Source: Verrucomicrobiota bacterium (GTDB lineage: Bacteria > Verrucomicrobiota > Verrucomicrobiia > Limisphaerales > Palsa-1400). Taken from it: 64,000 nt of DNA. Numbering within the stretch: position 1 is the first letter of the stretch; each line of letters opens with the position of its first letter. The position numbers and the translations under genes were made by a program. This document shows, piece after piece, positions 49,428 through 60,609 of this stretch. The stretch lies in contig JBEKYR010000003.1 of NCBI GenBank assembly GCA_049510745.1, positions 64,001-128,000 of the forward strand. The letters run 5' to 3'. The notes under the pieces were generated by a model. That model was given only the letters and a program-made list of their open reading frames with translations. It was not told the origin of the DNA and did not search any database.

Positions 49428-50463
49428 TTCTTGTCTTCGCGTGCCGTTCCAAATACGCGCCCAGGCTGGCGGGGCCGACCTTTTTGTTCACCCGGTAATC
49501 TTCGCGATAAGCGAACCAAAGCGCGCGCGAAATCTTGACGGGATTGAATTCCCTCGGCCGCCGCTTGTTTTTGAGCGAATAGACAAAATCGCAAAGGCAC
49601 ACGCGGTCGTCCACCACGCGAATCAGCGCGTCCATGCGCGGGGAGAGCGGGCGGCAACGGCGCCAGGCGGAACGAATGGCCCAGACGTATTGCAGCCAGT
49701 ACTGCCAGCGGTGGCTGCGATGGGCGTTGAGCGTCATGCTGGCCGGCGAGGCGCGGCAGGCGACCAGCGGTTCGCCCAGCACGAGCAATTCCCCGGAACG
49801 CAGGCCCAGTTCGCTCATGAAGGAAACATCGTTGCCGTAGGCATGACGCGAGAAGTCAAACCCGTAGGGATTCTCAAAGTCGATGTAATGATCGAACACC
49901 TCTCGGGCCACCGCCGTGTCCCATAACCCGCAGATTTGGCTGACGGGAAAAACCGCCGCCAGGATGCCCAGGGCGTATTGGTCCCCTTTGACTTTGCCGG
50001 TGGGAAACTGGTGCAGCAGAACGCGGCTGGCTTCGCCGGTGCGGATGTTTTTCGCGCCGGGATTCTCCACCGCCGCCGGCAGCGTCTCGGAATAGGCGTT
50101 GCAACTGGCGATGACTTGCGATGGGTTTTGCCGCAAAACTTCCACCAATGCCCCGGCATAGCGCGGCAAAATCAAATCGTCCGCCCAAACGAAGGTGGCG
50201 TACTTTCCGCGCGCTTCCTGGAGGAGCTTGCGCCAGGCGCGGACGGGGCCGGAATTGGTGTCGCTGGAGAAAAAACGGATGCGCGGGTCCTGCCGGGCGG
50301 CGGCCTGGATGATCTGGCGGGTGGCGTCCTGGCTGGCCTCGTCGTAAATGACGATTTCCAGATCGCGAAACGTCTGGCTCCGGCACGACGCGATGGCCTC
50401 CGCCACCGTCAAGGCGCTGTTGAATGTGGGAATTAAAAGGCTGACCAGAGGAGCGGCCGGCAT
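49408..50463 (-). CDS. Glycosyltransferase family 2
   Basis: PLVSLLIPTFN, EIVIYDEASQD, FVWADD. Confidence 0.85.
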   Translation of the reverse strand: MPAAPLVSLLIPTFNSALTVAEAIASCRSQTFRDLEIVIYDEASQDATRQIIQAAARQDPRIRFFSSDTNSGPVRAWRKLLQEARGKYATFVWADDLILPRYAGALVEVLRQNPSQVIASCNAYSETLPAAVENPGAKNIRTGEASRVLLHQFPTGKVKGDQYALGILAAVFPVSQICGLWDTAVAREVFDHYIDFENPYGFDFSRHAYGNDVSFMSELGLRSGELLVLGEPLVACRASPASMTLNAHRSHRWQYWLQYVWAIRSAWRRCRPLSPRMDALIRVVDDRVCLCDFVYSLKNKRRPREFNPVKISRALWFAYREDYRVNKKVGPASLGAYLERHAKTRRESVNQ

Positions 50464-50464
50464 A

Positions 50465-51478
50465 TCATCCCGTCACTTTGACGCGGCCTTCGCGGTGGTC
50501 TTTGAGGAGCTGGATGTCGGCTTCGACCATCAATTTCACCAAATCGGCGAACTTGGTTTTCGGCTCCCAGCCGAGCTGGCGTTTGGCCTTGCTGGCATCG
50601 CCGATGAGCACATCGACCTCCGCCGGTCGGTAGTAGCGCGGATCGATTTCCACGTGTTTCTTCCAGTCCAGTTTGACATGGCCGAAGGCCAGATCGAGAA
50701 ACTCGCGGATGGAATGCGTTTCCCCCGTGGCCACGACGTAATCATCGGGTCGGTCCTGCTGCAACATCAGCCACATCGCCTCGACGTATTCCTTGGCGTA
50801 GCCCCAATCGCGCTTGGCGTCGAGGTTGCCGAGGTAAAGCTTGTCCTGCAAGCCGGCCTGGATGTGGGCGACGGCGCGGGTGATTTTGCGGGTGACGAAC
50901 GTCTCGCCGCGGCGGGGCGATTCGTGGTTGAAGAGGATGCCGTTGCTGGCGTGCAGGCCGTAGGATTCCCGGTAATTGACAGTGATCCAGAAGGAATAGA
51001 CCTTCGAGCAGCCGTATGGGCTGCGCGGATAAAAGGGAGTGGTTTCGCGCTGCGGGATCTCCCGGACCTTCCCGAACATCTCGCTGGAGGAAGCCTGGTA
51101 GAAACGGGGTTGCAGGCCGGTTTCGCGGATGGCTTCGAGCAGCCGGACGGTGCCGGTGGCCGAAACGTCGGTCGTGTATTCCGGGGCGTCGAAGCTGACG
51201 CGGACGTGGCTTTGCGCGGCCAGGTTGTAAAGTTCGTCCGGCTGGATTTTGCCCAGCAACCGGCTCAAGCCGCTGGCATCGCTCAAATCGCCGTAGTGGA
51301 GGAAGAGGCGGTTTTTGGAGTTGTGCTGATCGGAATAGATGCTTTCGAGGCGGCCGGTGTTAAAGGTGCTGGCGCGGCGGATGAGGCCGTGGACCTGGTA
51401 GCCCTTGGCGAGCAGCAACTCCGCCAGATAGGAGCCATCCTGGCCCGTGATGCCTGTAATCAGCGCTTTTTTTGACAT
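50465..51478 (-). CDS. gmd: GDP-mannose 4,6-dehydratase
   Basis: [48 protein letters not shown]. Confidence 0.96.
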   Translation of the reverse strand: MSKKALITGITGQDGSYLAELLLAKGYQVHGLIRRASTFNTGRLESIYSDQHNSKNRLFLHYGDLSDASGLSRLLGKIQPDELYNLAAQSHVRVSFDAPEYTTDVSATGTVRLLEAIRETGLQPRFYQASSSEMFGKVREIPQRETTPFYPRSPYGCSKVYSFWITVNYRESYGLHASNGILFNHESPRRGETFVTRKITRAVAHIQAGLQDKLYLGNLDAKRDWGYAKEYVEAMWLMLQQDRPDDYVVATGETHSIREFLDLAFGHVKLDWKKHVEIDPRYYRPAEVDVLIGDASKAKRQLGWEPKTKFADLVKLMVEADIQLLKDHREGRVKVTG

Positions 51479-51573
51479 ACAACGAGCCAAAGGTTCGGCA
51501 ACGGCAGAGGGGATGGCAAGCCTGAAGTTCCATCTTGGTTCTGCCCGTGTTTCTCCCGGCCGCAAACAGCGCC

Positions 51574-52296
51574 CTACCCTCGCATTTTGGCGGCCAGTTG
51601 GGCGGCGAAGGCGGCGTGGGCCGCGTCTTGCAGGCTGCTTTGAAGAACATCCAGCACTTTGGCGGAATCCCGGGCGAGAAGCGCATCGACGGCCAGCGCC
51701 AATCCCGGGAAGTGCGGACTGCGAATGACATGCTGGGCATCCGGCGCGTTGGGGCGATATTCGTCATTCTCCAGGACAAACCAGTCGAATTGGCCGTCGA
51801 GAACGCGCCAGACCAAGTATTCGCGCACCCCGGCGCGGCGGTAGGCGCGGAGTTTGTCATGCAGATCAATCGCCACGCTGCTGGCCGCAATTTCAACGAT
51901 GAGTTCCGGCGGCCCCTCCAGATAATCGGCCGCGTCCAGCCGCGTCTGCCCGCCACATTCGGGCAGCAACCGCAACAGCGCGTCCGGTTGCGGGACGTTT
52001 TCCGCGTCCAGCCGGACGGTGACGTTTCCGGCCGCTTCCGTGCCCGCTGTGCGGGCGGAATAATAAACGAGCCAGCCTTGGATGAGTGAGTCTGGCGCGC
52101 CGTGCGAGAAACGGACGGGGGAGGGCATATAGACGATTCCTTCAATGAGTTCAGCCTTCTTGACCTGTGGCATTTCCTCATAGCGCCGCAAGAACTCGGC
52201 CGCACCAAGCCGGTCGCCGCTTTCCAGCGGCGGCAATGGGGGCCGTTTTCCCGGCCTGCGGGGCCGCGAAGGTGGGGCTGTGCCGATTGCTGCCAT
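51574..52296 (-). CDS. Uma2-family PD-(D/E)XK endonuclease
   Basis: [32 protein letters not shown]. Confidence 0.9.
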   Translation of the reverse strand: MAAIGTAPPSRPRRPGKRPPLPPLESGDRLGAAEFLRRYEEMPQVKKAELIEGIVYMPSPVRFSHGAPDSLIQGWLVYYSARTAGTEAAGNVTVRLDAENVPQPDALLRLLPECGGQTRLDAADYLEGPPELIVEIAASSVAIDLHDKLRAYRRAGVREYLVWRVLDGQFDWFVLENDEYRPNAPDAQHVIRSPHFPGLALAVDALLARDSAKVLDVLQSSLQDAAHAAFAAQLAAKMRG

Positions 52297-52415
52297 ATCC
52301 AGAGGTTATCAGCAAACCCGCGCGCGGGCAACCGGCATTTGCGCAGAAAAGACTGGCGTGGGCGAATGCCTTCTCTAACATCGGGCCGTTGCGCGCCCCG
52401 TCGGCGCGGGCGAAA

Positions 52416-52655
52416 ATGAAAGCGAAAATCATCGTCACACCAAAGAAGGCCGTCGTCGATCCGCAAGGCAAAACGGTGCAAAACGCCCTCGAACACATGG
52501 GCTACAAAGGCCTCGGCGCCGTCCACGTCGGCAAATACCTGGAAATCGAGCTGCCCGGCGCGGACAAGGAGGCCTGGCGCCGGCAAATCGACGAGGCCTG
52601 CCTCAAAATCCTGAGCAATCCCGTCATCGAAGATTACCGCTTCGACATCGAGTAA
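52416..52655 (+). CDS. purS: FGAM synthase subunit PurS
   Basis: [26 protein letters not shown]. Confidence 0.95.
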   Translation: MKAKIIVTPKKAVVDPQGKTVQNALEHMGYKGLGAVHVGKYLEIELPGADKEAWRRQIDEACLKILSNPVIEDYRFDIE

Positions 52656-52656
52656 A

Positions 52657-53367
52657 ATGAATTTCGCCGTCCTTCAATTTCCCGCCTCCAATTGCGACCA
52701 GGACGCCCTCCACGCCGTCAAGGACGTGCTCGGCCACTCCGCCCGGCTGGTCTGGCACAAGGAGAATTCGCTGGCAGGCTTTGACGCCGTCATCATCCCC
52801 GGCGGCTTCAGCTACGGAGATTATTTGCGGACGGGGGCGATTGCCCGGTTCAGCCCGATCATGCAGGCGGTGCAGAGCTTTGCCGCCGAGGGCGGGCTGG
52901 TGCTGGGCATCTGCAACGGGTTCCAAATCCTCTGCGAGGCGGGGATGCTGCCCGGCGCGCTCATCCGCAACCGTTCGCTCCAATTCCGCTGCGAACATAT
53001 CTTCCTCAAGACGGTTGCGCCGGAGACGCCGTTCACCGGCAAAATCCCGGCGGGAAAAATCCTCCGGGTCCCCATCGCGCACGGCGAAGGCTGCTACTTC
53101 GCCGACGAAGCGACGCTGGAGAAGCTCAAGAACAACGGCCAGATTCTCTGGCACTATTGCGACGCCCAGGGCGGGTTGACCGAGCCGGCCAATCCAAACG
53201 GCTCGCTTTGGAACATCGCCGGCATCTGCAACGAGACGCGCAACGTGGCGGGGCTGATGCCGCATCCCGAACGCGCCAGCGAAGCGGTTCTTGGCTCCGT
53301 CGATGGACGGCTCATTTTCGAGAGCATGGTCTGTTGGCTGGAAAACCGGATGGCGAAAGCGGCCTGA
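52657..53367 (+). CDS. purQ: FGAM synthase glutaminase subunit
   Basis: [24 protein letters not shown]. Confidence 0.96.
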   Translation: MNFAVLQFPASNCDQDALHAVKDVLGHSARLVWHKENSLAGFDAVIIPGGFSYGDYLRTGAIARFSPIMQAVQSFAAEGGLVLGICNGFQILCEAGMLPGALIRNRSLQFRCEHIFLKTVAPETPFTGKIPAGKILRVPIAHGEGCYFADEATLEKLKNNGQILWHYCDAQGGLTEPANPNGSLWNIAGICNETRNVAGLMPHPERASEAVLGSVDGRLIFESMVCWLENRMAKAA

Positions 53368-53375
53368 AACAGGCG

Positions 53376-55718
53376 ATGTCCATGAGCGATCCACAGATCA
53401 CCCCCGAACTGGTCGAGCAGCACAATCTCACGGCCGGGGAATACGGCAAAATCAAAAGCATCCTCGGACGCGAGCCGTCTTACACCGAGTTGGGTATTTT
53501 CTCGGTGATGTGGAGCGAGCATTGCTCCTACAAAAACACCCGCCCGCTCCTCAAAACCCTGCCCACCCAATCGCCCCGCATCCTCGTCGGCGCGGGCGAG
53601 GAGAACGCCGGGATTGTCGATATCGGCGACGGCCTGGCGATCGCGTTCAAGATCGAATCGCACAACCACCCCAGCGCCGTCGAACCGTTCCAGGGGGCGG
53701 CCACGGGCGTCGGCGGCATCATCCGCGACATTTTCACCATGGGCGCGCGGCCCGTCTGCGCGGTCAATTCCCTGCGCTTCGGCCCCATCGGCCCGGAAGG
53801 CGTCAACGGCGGCGCGGCCCACAACCGCCGGCTTTTCGCCGGCGTGGTCGGCGGCATCGCCCATTACGGCAATTGCTTCGGCATCCCGACCGTGGCGGGC
53901 GAAGTTTATTTTGACAAGTGTTACGAAGGCAATCCGCTGGTCAACGCCTTCTGCCTGGGCGTCCTGCGCCACGAACAGATCGCCCGCGGCGCGGCCAAGG
54001 GAGTGGGCAACCCGGTCTTTTACGTCGGCCCCGCCACCGGGCGCGACGGCCTGGCCGGGGCGGCCTTTGCCTCGCGGGATTTGACCGAGGAATCGTCCGA
54101 CCAGCAACGCGGCGCGGTGCAGGTCGGCGACCCCTTCATGGAAAAACTGGTCTGCGAAGCCTGCCTGGAACTGCTCGCCACCGACGCCGTCGCCGGCATC
54201 CAGGACATGGGCGCGGCCGGCTTGACCTGCTCGACGTGCGAAACCGCCGCCCGCGCCGGCACCGGCATCGAGATCGAACTGGCGCTGGTGCCGCAACGGG
54301 TCCCGAACATGACCCCTTACGAGATCATGCTCAGCGAGTCGCAGGAGCGCATGTTGATCATCGTCCGGGCGGGGCGCGAAGACGAAGTCAAACGCATTTT
54401 TGACAAATGGGACTTGCCCTCCGCCCGCATCGGGCAGGTGACGGACACGGGGCGCATGATTGTCAAATATAACGGCAAAGTCGTGGCCGACATCCCGGCG
54501 AAAAAACTGGCCGACGAAGCGCCCGTTTACCAGCGCGAGGCCCGCGAACCGGCCTATTTGCAGGCCGTCCGCGCCTTTTCGCCCGACTCCCTCCCGCCGC
54601 CGGGCGACCCCGTCGAGGCGCTCCGGCGGCTCCTGGCCTGGCCGACCATCGCCTCCAAGAACTGGGTTTACCGCCAATACGACCACATGGTGCGGGACGG
54701 ATCGGCCGTCTGTCCGGGCTCGGACGCGGCCGTGATCCGGCTCAAGGCCGATTCGCTGCCGGAAACGGGCGGGGCGAACGCGCCAGCCGTGAGCGACAAA
54801 TACCTCGCCCTGACGGTCGATTGCAACGCGGCCTACGTCTATCTGGACCCGTACGAAGGGGCCAAGATCGCGGTCGCGGAAGCGGCCCGCAACCTGGCCT
54901 GTTCCGGCGCGGCGCCGCTGGGCGCGACGGACAACCTCAATTTTGGCAACCCGCACAACCCGGAACTTTTCTGGCAATTAAAGGAATCGGTGCGCGGCCT
55001 GGCCGACGCCTGCTGCGCCTTGGACGCGCCCATCACCGGCGGCAATTGCAGTCTCTACAACCAAAGCCCCAACGGCCCGATCGATCCGACGCCGACGGTG
55101 GCGCTGGTGGGCTTGATCGAGAAACCGGAGCACATCACCACGCAATGGTTCAAGAACGAGGGCGACGCGATTGTGCTGCTGGGCGACGCGGTGGATTTGG
55201 ACGACCCGTTGCGCGGCCTGGGCGGGTCGGCGTGGCTGCAATGCCTGCACGGCTTGAAAACCGGCGCGCCGCCGCGCTGCGATTTGGAAAAGGAACGCCG
55301 CCTGCACACCACCTTGCGCGGCTTCATTCACTGCGGCCTGATCCGGAGCGCGCATGATTGCAGCGAAGGCGGTTTGGCGGTGGCGCTGGCGGAAAGCTGC
55401 ATCTCGCAGCAAATCGCCCGCGACACCCCGCGCCTGATCGGCGCGCAAATCGATTTGTCTTTCGCCGTCGCGGAAACCACGCGGGTGGACGCGCTGCTTT
55501 TCGGCGAAAGCCAAAGCCGGGTCATTATATCCGTCGCGCCGGCGGACGTGGTCAAAGTGGTGGAGCGGGCGAAAATCATGGGCGTGAGCGCCGCGAGAAT
55601 CGGGACCGTTGGCGGCGGCGAATTGTCCGTGAAACTGGGCGCCTTGGAAGTGAAATGGCCGGTGACGGACCTGCACGATTTATGGTGGAACGCCCTGGCG
55701 CGGGCGATGTCCGCGTAA
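53376..55718 (+). CDS. purL: FGAM synthase subunit PurL
   Basis: [34 protein letters not shown]; start 53376 or 53382. Confidence 0.96.
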   Translation: MSMSDPQITPELVEQHNLTAGEYGKIKSILGREPSYTELGIFSVMWSEHCSYKNTRPLLKTLPTQSPRILVGAGEENAGIVDIGDGLAIAFKIESHNHPSAVEPFQGAATGVGGIIRDIFTMGARPVCAVNSLRFGPIGPEGVNGGAAHNRRLFAGVVGGIAHYGNCFGIPTVAGEVYFDKCYEGNPLVNAFCLGVLRHEQIARGAAKGVGNPVFYVGPATGRDGLAGAAFASRDLTEESSDQQRGAVQVGDPFMEKLVCEACLELLATDAVAGIQDMGAAGLTCSTCETAARAGTGIEIELALVPQRVPNMTPYEIMLSESQERMLIIVRAGREDEVKRIFDKWDLPSARIGQVTDTGRMIVKYNGKVVADIPAKKLADEAPVYQREAREPAYLQAVRAFSPDSLPPPGDPVEALRRLLAWPTIASKNWVYRQYDHMVRDGSAVCPGSDAAVIRLKADSLPETGGANAPAVSDKYLALTVDCNAAYVYLDPYEGAKIAVAEAARNLACSGAAPLGATDNLNFGNPHNPELFWQLKESVRGLADACCALDAPITGGNCSLYNQSPNGPIDPTPTVALVGLIEKPEHITTQWFKNEGDAIVLLGDAVDLDDPLRGLGGSAWLQCLHGLKTGAPPRCDLEKERRLHTTLRGFIHCGLIRSAHDCSEGGLAVALAESCISQQIARDTPRLIGAQIDLSFAVAETTRVDALLFGESQSRVIISVAPADVVKVVERAKIMGVSAARIGTVGGGELSVKLGALEVKWPVTDLHDLWWNALARAMSA

Positions 55719-55768
55719 CGCCAAGTTCGTGCTTCGTCAATCGAGACACCGGATAATTGCGAGGTGAA

Positions 55769-56245
55769 TCAGGACGCGCGCCGTTGTCGATCCCGCTCCA
55801 ACGCGGCATCCAAGAGACCGGCCGATACAAAACAGTTTGTCCGCCGGAGTTTGGTGATGGTCGTCGGCAGGTCGATCAATTTCAATTCCGACATTCTTTC
55901 CAATACGCCGATTGTGCCGATGACGGTCAATCCAAGCCGTCGAGCGGCGGCGCGGCCATCCAGGTCATCCATCAATACGGCGGATGCGTTTGCCTGCAAG
56001 GCCAATTGCAAGGCCGCCGCCTCTCCCTTATGCAAACCGTTCACCTCGTGCGACCGAAGCACCGGTTCAGTTCTCAGCCAGGATGGCGATTTCGTTATCC
56101 AATTCTTGACTGTTTGGGGAGTGAAACGGTGCAGCAATTCATCGCGCACTTCGGGCGGAATCAAGACGACTTCAAACAGTTTTGGGAGCGCGTCCGCGCA
56201 GTCAATGAGGATGAGATAATGAATCGGGCCGGCATCGGCCACAAT
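55769..56245 (-). CDS. DUF3368-type PIN-domain toxin (start codon ambiguous)
   Basis: IVADAGPIHYL, IPPEVRDEL, LHKGEAAALQLA, LMDDLDGR..A...GTIGVL. Confidence 0.8.
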   Translation of the reverse strand: MVADAGPIHYLILIDCADALPKLFEVVLIPPEVRDELLHRFTPQTVKNWITKSPSWLRTEPVLRSHEVNGLHKGEAAALQLALQANASAVLMDDLDGRAAARRLGLTVIGTIGVLERMSELKLIDLPTTITKLRRTNCFVSAGLLDAALERDRQRRAS

Positions 56246-56255
56246 GGCGCGCCGC

Positions 56256-56525
56256 TCATCTGCTTGTGAGCCGCCGTATGATGGCAAGGTCATCGGCAAA
56301 TTCCTCGGGTTCCCCTGCCCGATGGGCGCGCGCTTCCTGCAAAAAGGCATCCGTTTGCCAGCGGTCCAACCCGAGCATTTCACCGGCTTGAGCGTGGCTG
56401 ATCCTCCCTGCCCGATAGGCATCGCTTACCAACGACTCAAATGCCCGTCGCGGCAACTCGGACGGACCGCCCCCCAACGCCTTCACCAACTCATCCGGCA
56501 GTGAGATTTCAATTGTTGCGGCCAT
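56256..56525 (-). CDS. UPF0175-family antitoxin
   Basis: IEISLPDEL...YRAGRISHAQAGEMLGLDR...FL; directly upstream of the PIN gene. Confidence 0.82.
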   Translation of the reverse strand: MAATIEISLPDELVKALGGGPSELPRRAFESLVSDAYRAGRISHAQAGEMLGLDRWQTDAFLQEARAHRAGEPEEFADDLAIIRRLTSR

Positions 56526-56664
56526 ACTTTAACTTTCTAAAAGCAGCGTACCACATCGCGGCAGAGCCGCAATCAAAAGAATTGAAGGCAGATTTCATCA
56601 TCAACAAGCTGACCTCGGCATGGTCGCGCGACCGTTTTCCCGGATGTCACCGGGCGCTCCAGGC

Positions 56665-56796
56665 TCAACCCGCTTTCTTTCGGTGCTCGATGATTTCGAC
56701 GAAGGCGCGCAGAGAACGGTTGACCGCCTGGGCGCTGGGAAACGCTTTGGCCACGTCCGGTTCCAGAACCACCACGTTGGTGCCTTTCCTCATCAT
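56665..56796 (-). pseudogene. Fragment of a BrnA-like antitoxin
   Basis: GTNVVVLEPDVAKAFPSAQAVNRSLR; the usual N-terminal part is not recognisable. Confidence 0.5.
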
Positions 56797-56918
56797 TCCC
56801 TCGTTCTCTTCGGTAATCTCGGCGAATCGACTGGCTCTTATCGGATTGAAGCATCGCAGTCCAACTAGACCCAAAAAGCCCATATTTCCAAAGCTTTCCG
56901 GACGTTTTGACGGTTCAG

Positions 56919-57524
56919 TCAGGGAAACATTGCACGCATGATTGGTTCAACCGTTTTCCATATTTCAATCGCACTTGCCGAAGTCTGAATGAGTGTCGGA
57001 AAACCCGCCAACAATCTCTTTACGACAGATGATTTTCTCTTGCCTTCTGGGGCTGTTGCCTCCGTGGCCACCGTGCTGAGGATTTCAATTGCCTCATTCT
57101 TTTTTTCCGCTGGCAATTCAGAATCGGCTATTGCGCTCGCCAATTTTAAGATGGCACCCGCGACGTCTTGAGTCTGTGGATTGGCCTTCAATGCCGTAAT
57201 GGCAGAGTCCACAATTTCAAGATTTCCCGTGTTCAAGACTCCGACAGAACTATCTTTGACAGTGATATTATTGAGCGTCATGGGACCTCCTTGAATTATT
57301 CTGACTTGGCGTTGTGGATAACGTGGCAGACTTCCGTGGGACAATCCACTAACGGCCTCCATTTCTGAAGCAGCGAAATTCATGTCGCGTTCAAGTTGGT
57401 CAGATTGAATGGCGGACATTTGCGCATGCTTCACGTTGCAATCTAGGCACAAGGGAAACTCATTGCCTTCGGGACCAACTAAATACATCGCCGGCTTATC
57501 GCAGTTGTGACACTTGGTCGCCAT
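56919..57524 (-). CDS. Hypothetical protein: N-terminal CxxC...CxxC, low-complexity Asn/Ser/Gly segment, helical C-terminus
   Basis: MATKCHNC...LCLDC; NNITVKDSSVGVLNTGN; AT-richer codon usage. Confidence 0.7.
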   Translation of the reverse strand: MATKCHNCDKPAMYLVGPEGNEFPLCLDCNVKHAQMSAIQSDQLERDMNFAASEMEAVSGLSHGSLPRYPQRQVRIIQGGPMTLNNITVKDSSVGVLNTGNLEIVDSAITALKANPQTQDVAGAILKLASAIADSELPAEKKNEAIEILSTVATEATAPEGKRKSSVVKRLLAGFPTLIQTSASAIEIWKTVEPIMRAMFP

Positions 57525-57582
57525 ACCGCGACGATGTTCGGGCAAAAGGGCTGAGTTGACAATCACAAAATTCCAAGTGGAT

Positions 57583-58563
57583 TCATTTATTGCGTGTTCC
57601 GAGATACGGCTTAGTGCCCCGGCACCTCGGATAGTTTTTGCACCCCCAGAACTTTCCTCGGTATCCGTGTCGAAGGCGCATTGCCTCGCCACATTTGTCG
57701 CAATAGGGAACATCTGAAAGTGCCTTGAAACTTAGGTCGTCTCCCGAAAGGTCATTTTTCAGTTCGTGGCCGTTTCGACACCGTTTTGAATCCACCGTGT
57801 TTTTTAGGTCAAAAACAACAACGTCCCCGCATTCTGGACACATCAACCGATATTCTTGTGCGTCTGGGCCAGTCGGAAAGGCACGCATCATCAATGCAGC
57901 GAGTTTCGGCCCGTCAATCAATTCGATACTATTTTCCTCTGCAAATTTCATTGCGGTCGCCGCGAATTCGCTTGTCGTGACAAAGATGCCCGAATCTGCC
58001 TTCATTGTCTTAATTGCCGCGTAGAATTTTTGGAGCGCTGGGCGTCCGATCGGTTTGTCCCTTGCGTAACGTTTACACTCAACAAAAATGGTTTTTCCGT
58101 TTCGACTCAAAATTAAATCTCTGCCAAAATCATTGCTCATGGGAGTCTGTTTCACGGAGTAGCCCATTTGCCGATACATTTTTGCAACAATTCCCTCAAA
58201 TTCTCCAGGTGTAAAATTGAGCAGAAAATCAATCTTGTGCGTCCTAAGTTTTGTCAGTCGTGCAAGCTCTTCATTCCTCAAGCGACCCGCTTCCGCCATA
58301 ATTCCCTTGATTTTCTTTGCGTGCTCCCAATTCTCCTGTTCCTGCCGAAGCCTTTCTGCCTCTTCTTGCTTACAGCGTTCGCATCTGAGGCGGGTTTTGC
58401 CACCTTTGATCCCGTGTTGACACAACTCGACATCCAATTTGCGCTCATGGAATTTGGCCTGACCCGAACTGATTACGGCCCTGACGGCAGAAAGCAAAAT
58501 TAAGAAGCACCAAAAGCCACCCAATACCAGACAAAATCGTGCGTTGTCAGACAGCGCCATCAT
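57583..58563 (-). CDS. Mrr-family restriction endonuclease with N-terminal TM helix and C-terminal topoisomerase-type C4 zinc ribbon
   Basis: EFEGIVA, DFGRDL, VECKRY, GIFVTTSEF, IELIDG; CDKCG..M..R.G..GKFWGC.NYP.C. Confidence 0.87.
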   Translation of the reverse strand: MMALSDNARFCLVLGGFWCFLILLSAVRAVISSGQAKFHERKLDVELCQHGIKGGKTRLRCERCKQEEAERLRQEQENWEHAKKIKGIMAEAGRLRNEELARLTKLRTHKIDFLLNFTPGEFEGIVAKMYRQMGYSVKQTPMSNDFGRDLILSRNGKTIFVECKRYARDKPIGRPALQKFYAAIKTMKADSGIFVTTSEFAATAMKFAEENSIELIDGPKLAALMMRAFPTGPDAQEYRLMCPECGDVVVFDLKNTVDSKRCRNGHELKNDLSGDDLSFKALSDVPYCDKCGEAMRLRHGYRGKFWGCKNYPRCRGTKPYLGTRNK

Positions 58564-58815
58564 TCTCCGGGAACATATACGTTCTCGAAGAGAGAAAAGC
58601 AACTGCCGCAAAAGCCGGTGAGAGTCGTCATTTCAATAATCGAAACAATTGACTTTGGCCGTAACCGGCGATTTTACCGCTATGGCGGATGAGACGGCGG
58701 ACAGGCGGAAAGAGGATTATGATTAAGAGCAGGATTAGGAAATGAAAGAGGCTCGCGCGGCGGGTTGATATTGCGGATTGTTTCCGGGGCGGGTTGGCGG
58801 TAAGGTGGGAAGAGC

Positions 58816-59283
58816 ATGGCGTTGGTGCGAATACTTGTCGATGGTTACAGCCTCCTGCATCAGTGGCCGGAATTGGCGCCGGGCCGGCCGCGCCATTCGG
58901 CGGAGGCGCGCGACGAACTGATCCGGACTCTCATGTTGTATCAGGATGCCACGGGCACGCCCATGACCGTTGTCTTTGACGGCGCCGGCAAGGCCGCCGC
59001 CACAGCCTTCCCGTCCACGCCGGAGCTGGAAATCCTTTATTCCCGCGGCGGCCAGACGGCCGACCAGATCATCGAGCGCGTCGCCGCGCGGATGCAGGAA
59101 ATTGGCGAGGTGCTGGCCGTGACCGACGATTACGCCGAGCGCGACACGGTGTTTTTCCACGGCGGCATGGCCTCCAGTTGCGCCAATTTCATCGAAACGG
59201 TCGAACGGACGCTGCGCGAACAGGAGCGCGACATTTTTCATCATAACCGCCGCCAGCGCGCGGCCTTCAAAGCACCGCGCTGA
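58816..59283 (+). CDS. NYN-domain (YacP/Rae1-like) ribonuclease
   Basis: ILVDGYS, TVVFDG, QTADQIIER, AVTDD. Confidence 0.85.
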   Translation: MALVRILVDGYSLLHQWPELAPGRPRHSAEARDELIRTLMLYQDATGTPMTVVFDGAGKAAATAFPSTPELEILYSRGGQTADQIIERVAARMQEIGEVLAVTDDYAERDTVFFHGGMASSCANFIETVERTLREQERDIFHHNRRQRAAFKAPR

Positions 59284-59291
59284 ATCCGCCC

Positions 59292-60593
59292 ATGAAACAA
59301 GCCGCCCTTTTGAGTTGGTTTTTCCGCGCCGCCCGCCTCTGTCTGGCGGCGGCAACGGCCCTGGCCGCCGCGCCGGGCCGCGCGGAGGACGCTCCGCCAA
59401 AACAGGCCCGGATGGAGAACCGGTTTCTCTTCGTCATCGAAACTTCCTCGTCCATGAAAAGCCGCACCAACGGCGTGGAGGAGGCGGTGTTGGGGCTGCT
59501 CAAATCCGGCCTGCAAGGAGAGGCGCGCAAGGGAGACACCCTGGGGCTGTGGTCTTACCGCGACCAGCTTCATCCCGAATTTCCCATGCAGGTCTGGTCG
59601 GAGCAGAACAAAGGAGAGATCGCCGAGACCGTGCAGCGCTTCCTGCGCCACCTCCGCTATGAAAAATCGGCGCGCCTGGACAAAGTCTGGCCCGCCGTGC
59701 GGCAGGTCCTGGGGAAATCGGAACGGCTGACGGTGATATTTATATATGACGGAGAGGAAACGCTGCGCGGAACCCCCTTCGACGAGGACATCAACGATCT
59801 CCAGAAGCAGTATCGCCGGGAATTTCGCGCCGCGCATCTGCCGTTGGTCACGGTTCTCGCCGCCCGCGACGGCCAGTTCTTCGATTACACCATCAATTAT
59901 CCCGGCTCCATCACCGTGCCGCATACCGCCGACCCGCTGCCGCCGCCGGAAACCAATGCGCCTCCGGTCGCGGCAGCCCCTTCGACTCCGGCGCCGTCCG
60001 CGACCAACGCGCCGGTCGAGCCAAAGCCGCCGCGCAGGATTGAGATTGTGATGAAAGGCCCGGCCGCCGCCGCTCCCGCTCCCGCCCCAGCCGCCGCCGC
60101 TCCCGCTCCCGCTCCGGCGGCTGCCCCGCCTGCCGCGCCGGTTCCGCCCGCCGCCGTCAGCAACCAAGTCGTTCCGGTGACGCCGCCTCCGTCCGGCCTG
60201 GCCAAGCCTTCCGAACCCCTGCCGCCGGCGGCCCCGCCGCCGCAGCCTGTCGCGCCGGTCGCGCCTGTCGCGGTTCAAATCACAAATAACGCGGCCACCC
60301 CGGCGCCGTCCGCCGCTCCGCCGGCCCCGCCCGCGCGTCCGGCGCCGCCACCCATCGTGGCGATGGCGCCCGCGCCCGCGCCGGCTGCCCCCGTCAGCCA
60401 GCCCAAGCCGCCCGCCGCGCGGCCGGGTCCCATGCCGGTGGCCGTCGCCTCGACCGGCCAGCAAGCGGCGCTGTTTGTCATTGCGTTTTCATTATTGACA
60501 ATTGCGGCGGTGCTGGTCATTTTCCTGCTGCGCCGCTCCCGCGCCCGGCCGCATTCGAGCTTGATCTCGCAATCCATCGACCGCTCGCGGTGA
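59292..60593 (+). CDS. Exported protein: vWA-like domain, Pro/Ala-rich linker, C-terminal TM anchor
   Basis: RFLFVIETSSSM (MIDAS-like), IFIYDG, long PA-rich tract, hydrophobic helix followed by RRSRAR. Confidence 0.65.
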   Translation: MKQAALLSWFFRAARLCLAAATALAAAPGRAEDAPPKQARMENRFLFVIETSSSMKSRTNGVEEAVLGLLKSGLQGEARKGDTLGLWSYRDQLHPEFPMQVWSEQNKGEIAETVQRFLRHLRYEKSARLDKVWPAVRQVLGKSERLTVIFIYDGEETLRGTPFDEDINDLQKQYRREFRAAHLPLVTVLAARDGQFFDYTINYPGSITVPHTADPLPPPETNAPPVAAAPSTPAPSATNAPVEPKPPRRIEIVMKGPAAAAPAPAPAAAAPAPAPAAAPPAAPVPPAAVSNQVVPVTPPPSGLAKPSEPLPPAAPPPQPVAPVAPVAVQITNNAATPAPSAAPPAPPARPAPPPIVAMAPAPAPAAPVSQPKPPAARPGPMPVAVASTGQQAALFVIAFSLLTIAAVLVIFLLRRSRARPHSSLISQSIDRSR

Positions 60594-60609
60594 GGGCCGA
60601 TGTCCAACC

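Noticed and set aside
59940..60460. GC-rich repetitive tract as a DNA repeat element
   Set aside because: It encodes the Pro/Ala linker of the 59292-60593 protein
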